The notes under the pieces: generated by a model
Databases searched by the model: none
Told to the model about the DNA's origin: nothing
Seen by the model: the letters and a program-made list of their open reading frames with translations, nothing else
Source: Rubripirellula sp.
GTDB taxonomy: Bacteria; Planctomycetota; Planctomycetia; Pirellulales; Pirellulaceae
Reading direction: 5' to 3'
DNA: 64,000 nt
NCBI GenBank assembly: GCA_965216875.1
Contig: OZ244207.1
Span: forward strand, 4,064,001-4,128,000
Part shown: piece by piece, positions 1-7,844 of the stretch
How the letters are laid out: the number at the start of each line of letters is the position of its first letter
How positions within the stretch are numbered: position 1 is the stretch's first letter
Program-made: the position numbers and the translations under genes

Positions 1-1
1 A

Positions 2-592
2 CAACAGCGTTTCCATATTCAGAAGATGCCAACCGGCAACCAATGGAAACGGTTGGAAATTGAAGAACCAAATCGACGCGATAAAGCCCAAGTACGCAGC
101 CGGGGCCGCAGCAACAAAACGTCGAATCACCGGCGCGATCGCAACCAAAACCAACAGGTCACGAAGGAACCAAAGCTGTTCGGCCGGCGGGCGCAACAAC
201 CATGTTGCCAAGAACTGTCCCATCGATAGCTGAACCGGATCACCCTCGGCGTGGCGAACGACCAACCAACTTGTGGTCGCGAGCGAGGCGACGATGAAAT
301 AGGGAATCAGGACGGTGCGTCCGCGCTGCTTGAGCTTTCTCAGGTAGCAAGCTCGCGTCCCATCGTCGCTGCGAAAGTAAAACAGTCCAGCGGCCAGTGC
401 GAACAGCGGCACGGCGATACGGGCCAATCCGCCCAACAAGAATTCCTGCGACAATTCGTTCCATGTCGCATTGTCGGCCAGCGGTGAAGTGGGCGCGGCA
501 GATTGGTAATGGATTCCGACCACCAGCAGCGTCGAGACCAGGGCCACGATCTGGAACGTTTGTTTTGCTTCGGCCGACAAGTCTTGAGCCAC
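2..592 (-). CDS. Acyltransferase family 3 (OafA/YrhL-like) membrane protein, runs off the window edge
   Basis: Absent from the ORF track because it has no stop in the window. Manual translation from GTG 592: VAQDLSAEAKQTFQIVALVSTLLVVGIHY...GGLARIAVPLFALAAGLFYF...RGRTVLIPYFIV...QLWFLRDL. The 'R.AVPLF...G', 'R...L.PY' and 'LWFL' motifs are typical of Acyl_transf_3. Confidence 0.8.
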   Translation of the reverse strand, partial: MAQDLSAEAKQTFQIVALVSTLLVVGIHYQSAAPTSPLADNATWNELSQEFLLGGLARIAVPLFALAAGLFYFRSDDGTRACYLRKLKQRGRTVLIPYFIVASLATTSWLVVRHAEGDPVQLSMGQFLATWLLRPPAEQLWFLRDLLVLVAIAPVIRRFVAAAPAAYLGFIASIWFFNFQPFPLVAGWHLLNMETLL

Positions 593-881
593 GGATCTGA
601 CGCTAATTGCTAGGCGTTTTGCGGAGTTATGTCCGATCGATCACATTCCACCTCGGTGGCAGATCGACACGCTGAAACATAGGTCGCCGTCGCCGGCCCG
701 CTCACCAAGCTCGGTGAAAGCGGGCTCGATTTCGTATGAAGAATCGGTAAAGCCGTTGCGACCGGACCCAAATAGTTCAACTTGTTCCAGATGCGCCAAT
801 TGCGTTGCCTGTGCCGGCATCTAGTCTGTGAAGGGACACCATCGCAAGTTTCTCGACGGACGTACTTTGACAGGTTTTTTG

Positions 882-3800
882 ATGTCCCAACGATCGCGAA
901 TCCGTACACGCCGATCCCTTCGAAATGCTCTTCGCAGCGGCCTACGACGCCCCGCGCCCCATCGCGGCGGCCGCACCAAGACCACTTGGTCCGCGACCAC
1001 GCTCGAGCCGCGTTTGCTGTTGGCTGGCGATGCAACCGCCGCGCCCGTTGCCGCTGTCGAGGCGGTCACCGAGATTCCCGCCGATCAGTCTCAATCCGCT
1101 GCTGTCGAGATCGCGTTCGTCGACCCGAGCGTCAACAACATTGACCAGCTCACCGCGTTGTCGCGTGATGGCGTCGAGATCGTTTTGATCGACAACACGT
1201 CGCCCGCACTCCAGCAGATGACCGATGTTCTGACCATGCACCGCAACGTTTCGGCAGTGCACATTGTTTCGCACGGTGACGCTGGCAAAATCGCATTTGG
1301 TGACCAAACGATTGATCACCAAGATCTTCTATCGAATCGTCATCTGCTTTCACAGTGGCGTGCGGCTTTGGGCGATCAAGCGGACGTGTTGATCTACGGC
1401 TGCGACACAGCCCGCGGCAGCGAAGGTGCAAACTTCCTTGACACCATCGCGTCGCTCACTGGCGCCGATGTTGCCGGATCGACCAACCGCACCGGCAGTG
1501 ATGCCAACACTGGCGACTGGGTCCTGGAGCGAACGACGGGCGTGATCGATGCATCGTTGCTGGCATGCCACGGCGATCTCAACGCGATGGATGTCGTCCT
1601 GCCGATCAATATTCGTGCAGCAGGGTCGACAGGCGAAGAAGAGATGTTGCTGCAAATCGATGGTGTCACCGTCGCGACCTTCAACAACATTGGTGGCAAT
1701 GCGGGTGCGGGACAATACGAAACCTACACCTACAACAACGCGTCGCCCGTCTCAGCCAATCAGGTTCGAATCGTCTTTACCAATGACGTCTATGAACCTG
1801 CGCAAGGTATCGACCGCAATCTCCGGATCGACAACATCGAAATCGACGGCGTGGTGTTTGAAACCGAAGACCCGAGTGTCTTTGGAACGGGAACCTGGCG
1901 ACCAAGCGACGGCATCCAACCTGGTTTTCGCGAAAGTGAATGGCTACACGCAGACGGTTATTTCCAATACGCCGAGACGTCGACCGGAACCGGCAGCGAC
2001 ATCACCATCTACGCTGCCGGGAATGAAAACGCCGAGAACATGGAATTGTGGATCGACGGTGTTTCCGTTGCTGCATGGACCAACATTGGCGGCAATGCAT
2101 CTTCCGGTCAATTCGCTGCGTACCAGTTCAGCGCGGATGAGACGGTGACAGCCGACCAGATTCAAGTGCACTTCACCAACGACCGCTGGGATCCATCGCA
2201 AGGCATAGATAACAACCTGCGTGTCGACCGAATCGTGATCGACGGCACTTCCTATCAAACCGAGGCTCCCAACGTCTATTCGACGGGGACGTGGAAAGAG
2301 GGCGAGATCACACCAGGATTCAAAGAAGACGAAACGCTTCACACCAACGGTTACTTCCAATACGGATCGTCGCTCGATGCGGGCGTCATCGCGCTGGCCA
2401 CCAGCACGGTGACCGTGAACGAAAGTGACGGCCAAGCAACCATCGACGTGGTACGCACAGGCGGATCGGTCGGCCAAGTCACGGTCGACTACGATACCGA
2501 ACTTGGCACGGCAACAGCGGGCAGCGACTACACCTCAGTCGCCGGAACACTCACCTTTGCCGAAGGCGAGACCGTCAAGACGATTGTCATTCCGATCCTC
2601 GATGATTCCGCGGCCGAGTCGATCGAGCAATTCGGTGTGACGATCGACAATGTCAACGGTGGCGCCGTGCTGCTTGTTCCACGAACCGCAACCGTCACGA
2701 TTGTGGACGACGAAGTCTCGCTACCGGAATACAACGACTTCAGCTCGGTGGCTGGACTCACCCTCAATGGCGACGCCGTCCGCGATGGCGATGAACTGCG
2801 TCTGACGCCCACTTCGGACAATCGCGCCGGATCAGCCTTTTTCGACACCGCGATTTCCCTCGACAACAACGCTTCCTTCCGCAGTAGCTTTGCGTTTCGG
2901 GTTTCCGGCGGCAGCGGTGGCGCCGATGGTCTTACCTTCACCATTCAAAACGACACAGCCGGAGCGAACGCAATCGGGTCAACCGGTGGTGGGCTTGGTT
3001 ACGAAGGGATCACCAATTCGGTTGCCGTTGAATTTGATAACTACAAGAATCCCTATGACGTCAACGGAAACCACGTCGCGATCATCGAAGGCGGCTCGGT
3101 CAGCAGTTCTTTGAAAACACTCGAACCGAGTTTCAACCTAAACAGCGGATCAACGTATTACGCCTGGGTCGAATACAACGGCACAAGCGATGTGTTGGCG
3201 GTCTACCTCAACAATTCCAACTCAAAACCAGCAACGGCACTCTTGAAGGCGACCGTCGATCTCGAATCCGTCGTGGGCAACAGCGCCTACTTCGGTTTCA
3301 CGGCGGCGACCGGCGGAGCCAACAATGCTCATCGGATCTTGAGCTGGCAGATGGACCAACAGATTCCGCCACAGGATCCGCCAACCGAGCAAGGGGATAC
3401 CGTTGTTGCAATCGACGTGATTGCCAATCAAGGCCTCGCCCTGCCGACAGCGATTGAATGGCTACCCGACGGCACGATGCTGATCGCAGAGAAGGGTGGT
3501 GTGGTCAAAACCGCGAAGGATGGTGTTGTTTCGAGCACGCCGTTTATCGACATTTCAAACATCGTCAACGGTGTCCGCGATCGCGGCTTGCTCGATATCG
3601 CAGTGCACCCCGACTTCGAAAACAACCCATACGTTTACTTGCTGTTCACCTACGATCCACCCGAAGTCTTCAATCAACAAGCTGGAACACTTGCCGGGCC
3701 TGATGGCAAAGGCAATCGTGCTGGCCGAATGATTCGCGTCACCGCCGACGCGAGCAACGGTTACTTGACGGCCGTCGCAGGCAGCGATGTCGTTTTGTTG

Positions 3801-4667
3801 GGCAGTAACAGTACCTGGGACAACTTCAACGGATTTGCCAACAGCACCCAAGACTTCAACGAGCCGCCGGCTGGTGAGAACGCCGACGGCACTCAACTTC
3901 GTGACTTCATCAACAGCGATAGTGAATCGCACACCGTTGGCGGTCTGGCCTTCGCCCCCGATGGATCGCTTTACGTTTCGATCGGCGACGGTGCAAGTTA
4001 CAACGACGTCGACGTCCGCGCGGACCGAGTGCAAGACATCGACAACCTTTCCGGCAAGATCCTGCGAATCGACCCGATCACCGGCCAAGGCCTTTCGGAC
4101 AACCCGTTCTACAACGGCGACCCCGATGCCAACCGCAGCAAAGTCTATCAACTCGGCTTGCGTAACCCCTTCCGCATCTCCGTTGACCCCGTAACGGGCC
4201 AATTGTTCATCGGCGATGTCGGCTGGACGCGTTGGGAAGAAATCAACTCGGGCGGACCGGGCGCAAACTTCGGTTGGCCATTCTATGAAGGCGGATCGGG
4301 TACGAGCAACGTCCTCAGTTCCTACGCCAACACGCCTGAAGGCCAAGCCTTCTTCAATCTCGATCCGCCGGTCGATGCAGCGATCTACGCACTGAACCAT
4401 CAAGCCGACGGGATCAACGCAATCGTTATGGGCGACGCCTATCGAGGTTCGTTGTACGGCGCCGAGTATGAAGGAGACATCTTCTTTAACGATCTTGGCC
4501 AAGGCATCGTGCGTCACGCATCGATCGATGCCAACGGTAACGTGACCGACGTAAAAACCTTCACCACCGGAGCTAACGTGGTCGTCGCCATCAGCCAAGG
4601 CCCCGATGGAGCACTCTACTACGTCGACCTCGACGACTCCAAAATCGGCCGCTGGGAAGTGGTCTAA
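882..4667 (+). CDS. Secreted multidomain protein: LEPRxLL motif + DUF4347 + two CBM60-like repeats + Calx-beta + legume-lectin-like domain + glucose/sorbosone (PQQ-type) dehydrogenase propeller
   Basis: TLEPRLLLAGD motif; DUF4347-like 'AVHIVSHG...LIYGC..A.G..G..F...ASLTGADVAGS...TG...GDWVLE'; two repeats 'AAG....E.M.L.IDG...FTND....GIDxNLRxD'; Calx-beta 'VNESDGQATIDVVRTGG...ATAGSDY..VAGTLTFAEGET'; lectin 'ADGLTF...SVAVEFD...AYFGFTAATG'; GSDH 'RGLLDIAVHPDF', 'GGLAFAPDG.LYVSIGDG', 'GKILRID', 'GLRNPFR', 'WEEIN...GANFGWP'. ORF track starts at 828; ATG 882 preferred. Confidence 0.85.
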   Translation: MSQRSRIRTRRSLRNALRSGLRRPAPHRGGRTKTTWSATTLEPRLLLAGDATAAPVAAVEAVTEIPADQSQSAAVEIAFVDPSVNNIDQLTALSRDGVEIVLIDNTSPALQQMTDVLTMHRNVSAVHIVSHGDAGKIAFGDQTIDHQDLLSNRHLLSQWRAALGDQADVLIYGCDTARGSEGANFLDTIASLTGADVAGSTNRTGSDANTGDWVLERTTGVIDASLLACHGDLNAMDVVLPINIRAAGSTGEEEMLLQIDGVTVATFNNIGGNAGAGQYETYTYNNASPVSANQVRIVFTNDVYEPAQGIDRNLRIDNIEIDGVVFETEDPSVFGTGTWRPSDGIQPGFRESEWLHADGYFQYAETSTGTGSDITIYAAGNENAENMELWIDGVSVAAWTNIGGNASSGQFAAYQFSADETVTADQIQVHFTNDRWDPSQGIDNNLRVDRIVIDGTSYQTEAPNVYSTGTWKEGEITPGFKEDETLHTNGYFQYGSSLDAGVIALATSTVTVNESDGQATIDVVRTGGSVGQVTVDYDTELGTATAGSDYTSVAGTLTFAEGETVKTIVIPILDDSAAESIEQFGVTIDNVNGGAVLLVPRTATVTIVDDEVSLPEYNDFSSVAGLTLNGDAVRDGDELRLTPTSDNRAGSAFFDTAISLDNNASFRSSFAFRVSGGSGGADGLTFTIQNDTAGANAIGSTGGGLGYEGITNSVAVEFDNYKNPYDVNGNHVAIIEGGSVSSSLKTLEPSFNLNSGSTYYAWVEYNGTSDVLAVYLNNSNSKPATALLKATVDLESVVGNSAYFGFTAATGGANNAHRILSWQMDQQIPPQDPPTEQGDTVVAIDVIANQGLALPTAIEWLPDGTMLIAEKGGVVKTAKDGVVSSTPFIDISNIVNGVRDRGLLDIAVHPDFENNPYVYLLFTYDPPEVFNQQAGTLAGPDGKGNRAGRMIRVTADASNGYLTAVAGSDVVLLGSNSTWDNFNGFANSTQDFNEPPAGENADGTQLRDFINSDSESHTVGGLAFAPDGSLYVSIGDGASYNDVDVRADRVQDIDNLSGKILRIDPITGQGLSDNPFYNGDPDANRSKVYQLGLRNPFRISVDPVTGQLFIGDVGWTRWEEINSGGPGANFGWPFYEGGSGTSNVLSSYANTPEGQAFFNLDPPVDAAIYALNHQADGINAIVMGDAYRGSLYGAEYEGDIFFNDLGQGIVRHASIDANGNVTDVKTFTTGANVVVAISQGPDGALYYVDLDDSKIGRWEVV

Positions 4668-4679
4668 AGCGACGCCAAT

Positions 4680-4750
4680 GCCGTGAGCCGCGATCGCGCA
4701 AGCGGCCGGGCCACCGCTTTCCATGAGCCGAACGCGCTAGCGTCGGGCCT
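4680..4750. repeat. REP-like GC-rich palindromic element downstream of the dehydrogenase gene
   Basis: Two short units, 'tgagccgcgatcgcgcaagcggccggg' and 'tgagccgaacgcgctagcgtcggg', each with an internal stem. They resemble Pirellulaceae intergenic repeats. Confidence 0.45.
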
Positions 4751-4923
4751 TGCGCCATCCTTACAATCACCCTTCGCGTCTTTCGCCCATTCCGCGGTTC
4801 CTGTCTGAGCACTAGGGTTCCGTAGAGACGCTGCCAAGCTAAAAAGCTTGACTCTTTCGATGTGTTGGGGGATAAGGCTTAGAAGCAGGAATACTACTTC
4901 TGAAAAACGAGAGCATTCACTCG

Positions 4924-5444
4924 ATGGATCACATGCTTCCTGAAGCGTTTACCAACGCCTGCACCCCCGAACAACTGACCGATGCTCAAACGTGGTGGTC
5001 GGCGCTCCCAGAAGCCACCCGATCCGATATCTATGTGTTGCTTGACATGCGCAATGACTCGTGTGCCCATGTCTATTCGCCTGACAAAGAGGGAGCACAT
5101 CAGTGGCACTCACTCCCACTCGTCGACGATCAATCGTCTTTCGATTCGTGTGACGACGACGATGAGAACTGGATCACAGAACTGTTGCACTACCGTCTAG
5201 ACCACGAAGACTTTGTGATGGCGTCCGATATGAAGGTCCGGACGTTTCACATTTGTTCGCAGCACCCCGCGGCAAGCGAAGTCTGGCCCGGGGGCAACTG
5301 ACCTGCAACTTCCAATGTCCGGCAGGCGAAAAGAAATGCCCAATCCATGCGTTCGCGCAAACGATTCGTGCCGCACGGCTCATCTCTCACAACCCAAGAA
5401 CCCACCAAACGCGGTGGCTTTGCCTTGAACCCGGCAACGTCTAA
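4924..5444 (+). pseudogene. Hypothetical Cys/His-containing protein interrupted by a probable 1-bp frameshift near 5283
   Basis: ORF 4924..5301 ends ...HICSQHPAASEVWPGGN*. Overlapping frame 5253..5444 continues LARGQLTCNFQCPAGEKKCPIHAF.... Adding one C (gtc[c]tggcc) fuses them into ...HPAASEVLARGQLTCNFQCP.... Confidence 0.55.
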
Positions 5445-5517
5445 GACGTCCCCCTCGCCGCCACGCCGCAAACTCTGTGGCTCATTTGCGCATAACAGAA
5501 AGGATTGCTGCATTCGG

Positions 5518-5848
5518 GGTGGCCACAAGAAACACAAGAACATGCAAAAAGGAAATACAGACGGCTTCCATCGGTTCTTTCTTATCGTGCCTTTTTGTGT
5601 TTTTCGTGGCCCACATTCAATTACGCCCCAGCGTTGACGGAGCAACAAAGTGTGACCATCGACCTTGATGCCTATCGCAACCTCATTCGCTCGCAACTGA
5701 ACTCAGGCGGCAAAATCTCGGATCAGATGGGAGCCGTCATCGATGTAGTTGAGCAGCGAGGCGCAATACAAGGTGTCACGCGAAGGCACTACAAACAGCT
5801 TTCATCGGTCCTTTCTTTTTGTGCCTTTTTGTGTTTTTCGTGGCCACC
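5518..5848. repeat. Imperfect inverted/direct repeat pair (gtggccacaagaaacacaa... / ...ttttgtgtttttcgtggcc)
   Basis: 5518-5552 is an imperfect reverse complement of 5586-5614. The ~50-bp segment 5563-5612 recurs directly at 5797-5846 (gct-t-catcggt-ctttctt-t-gtgcctttttgtgtttttcgtggcc). Confidence 0.65.
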
Positions 5849-5934
5849 TCCGGGCCTACCCCCCTCACTTCAACATTCGACATCAGTAAGCCTCTCGCAC
5901 TCTCATCTTCCGTCTCGATTCAATGCCTCGCCCG

Positions 5935-6240
5935 ATGGATGATCACCTGCCGTTTGATCTCTACATCACGCTCGAAACCCAGTTGTCGCGTGCGCGAGTG
6001 AATGCCTTGTTTACGAAGCAGGGCTGGGACTCGCGAATGTGTTCTTGGACGGAGTACGAGATTCAAATTGACTATGCCGAGCTTGTGATCGCTTCCGAGT
6101 CTCCAATGCTGGTAAGTGGAGGCGTCGATCGCGATCCGGCATCCATCGACAAGATCATTGCCATCTTGGATGCGGCGGAAATCACCTACGAGTTTGAGGT
6201 GTACGATGAACACAACGTCATGATTCGATCGAAACCGTGA
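5935..6240 (+). CDS. Small acidic hypothetical protein
   Basis: Clean ~101-aa ORF with protein-like composition (GWDSRMCSWTEYEIQIDYAEL...YEFEVYD), converging on marC. No family recognised. Confidence 0.65.
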   Translation: MDDHLPFDLYITLETQLSRARVNALFTKQGWDSRMCSWTEYEIQIDYAELVIASESPMLVSGGVDRDPASIDKIIAILDAAEITYEFEVYDEHNVMIRSKP

Positions 6241-6275
6241 CCAAACGTTCGAAGTGGGCCGATTACTGAATGCTG

Positions 6276-6899
6276 TTAGTTTGCGAAAAACTGCTTCAGG
6301 CCACCCAGCAACATTTGAGTGCCGATCGTTGCCAGCAGTAGACCGCCTAGTCGCATCAGCAGCGCGGTCGCATTGGCTGGAACCTTGGCGAGCAGGCCTC
6401 CCAACCAGACGAACGAGATAAACGTGGCACCAGAAACGGCTGCGACACCGCTGAGGGCGCCAACCATTCCGTGCTCGGGATTGGAAGTGGAAATGGAAAC
6501 CGCGGTGACGATCGCGCCAGGGCCAGCAATCAACGGAATCGCAAGTGGCATGATCAATCCACTGTCTTCGTCGGGCCCCTGCTTTGCCGCATCCTGCCCT
6601 TGAGCCTTGCTTTGACCACCACCGTAAAGCATCTCAAAACCCATCCCGGCAACGACAATGCCGCCCACAATCGAGAATGCATTGAGGTCGATGCCAAGGG
6701 CTTCGGCAATTTGAGCGCCCCCCAGCGCGCCGATTCCAAGCACGAAGGCGACCACGAACGCAACACGCAGAGCACCAGCACTTCGATGGATGTTTTCACG
6801 CGCAATCGCCGCGTTGAAGAAAATCAACTTGGCGGGATCGGGTGGCGCGGTGATCACGAGCATTGCGATCACCGATTTTGCGATGAAGTTCCAATCCAT
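6276..6899 (-). CDS. MarC family integral membrane protein
   Basis: 207 aa with six hydrophobic segments and the motifs 'AF.IVGGI', 'PLAIPLIAGPGAI' and 'RLGGLLLATIG.Q...G'. Confidence 0.9.
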   Translation of the reverse strand: MDWNFIAKSVIAMLVITAPPDPAKLIFFNAAIARENIHRSAGALRVAFVVAFVLGIGALGGAQIAEALGIDLNAFSIVGGIVVAGMGFEMLYGGGQSKAQGQDAAKQGPDEDSGLIMPLAIPLIAGPGAIVTAVSISTSNPEHGMVGALSGVAAVSGATFISFVWLGGLLAKVPANATALLMRLGGLLLATIGTQMLLGGLKQFFAN

Positions 6900-7021
6900 G
6901 TTTGCACTTACTGCGAATCACTTGTGACCGGGCTATGATGGCGACGTGTGGTGTCGCAAAACGTGTGCGTCGTATCGTAGGTGCGCAGCCACTCAACCTC
7001 AAGTGCTGCAGGAGCCTACAA

Positions 7022-7843
7022 ATGCGCCGCTACATCCAACTCATGCTCGAAGAACCGCTGATCCCTTTCGCCCTGATCGGATGCGTGCTGTTTGTTGGAT
7101 ACGGCTTTCGAAAACCGACCGATGAAATCGAGACCATCTCCATTTCAACCTCAACCGTCCGGTCACTCGAAACCATGCAAGAGGAACTCGCTGGCCGACC
7201 GTTGACGAAAGCGGAACGCCAAGAGGTTTTCGACGGCTACGTCGACGATGAAGTTTTGATGCGTGAAGCGTTCCGGCGAGACCTCGAAAAGAAAGACTCG
7301 CGCGTTCGCAAACGACTCTTGAGTGTCATGCGTTCAACGCTCGATCAGCCGATTGCCCAACCCACACGCCCGGAACTCGAGGCCTACTTCCGCGAGAACC
7401 AGGATCAATTCCTTTCAGGCGAAGTGATCACGTTTGATCACGTCTTCTTCTCTTTTGGGTCCGAGAACGAACCCGACGACTGGGGAATGCTGCTGAGTCA
7501 ACTACGAAAGGGTGAGGATCATCAGCGTCTTGGTGACAACCAAATGTTCGGTAATGTCATGCGGCGTTCTTCGGCGCGTCAACTGCGTCAATCGCTTGGC
7601 AACGACTTTGCAGAACGTGCGTTTGCGTCTCCTCTCGATCAATGGCAAGGCCCCATCGAATCACGCCACGGAACTCATTTCATTCGGGTTAGCGAGAAAC
7701 TCGTTCCGCCAGTCCCCGATTTTGAGCAGATGGAGGACTACCTCAGGCAAGACTGGACGTATCGCAAGCGGCGTGAAAACCAAGCCGAAAAGATTGCCGA
7801 ACTTCGCGACCGATATCGCATCGTGATCGATGGAGAGCAGTGA
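7022..7843 (+). CDS. PpiC-type (rotamase_2-like) peptidyl-prolyl isomerase homolog with N-terminal membrane anchor
   Basis: 'EPLIPF..IG..LF', 'EVLMREA....L...D..VRKRL', 'FDHVFFS', 'WQGPIESRHGTHFIRV'. AGGAG precedes ATG 7022. Confidence 0.8.
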   Translation: MRRYIQLMLEEPLIPFALIGCVLFVGYGFRKPTDEIETISISTSTVRSLETMQEELAGRPLTKAERQEVFDGYVDDEVLMREAFRRDLEKKDSRVRKRLLSVMRSTLDQPIAQPTRPELEAYFRENQDQFLSGEVITFDHVFFSFGSENEPDDWGMLLSQLRKGEDHQRLGDNQMFGNVMRRSSARQLRQSLGNDFAERAFASPLDQWQGPIESRHGTHFIRVSEKLVPPVPDFEQMEDYLRQDWTYRKRRENQAEKIAELRDRYRIVIDGEQ

Positions 7844-7844
7844 A

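Noticed and set aside
3555..4724. 389-aa antisense ORF, and similar ones at 14119..15144, 21456..22463, 46677..47774 and 55895..57433
   Set aside because: They are shadows of well-supported genes on the other strand in GC-rich DNA and have no recognisable motifs.
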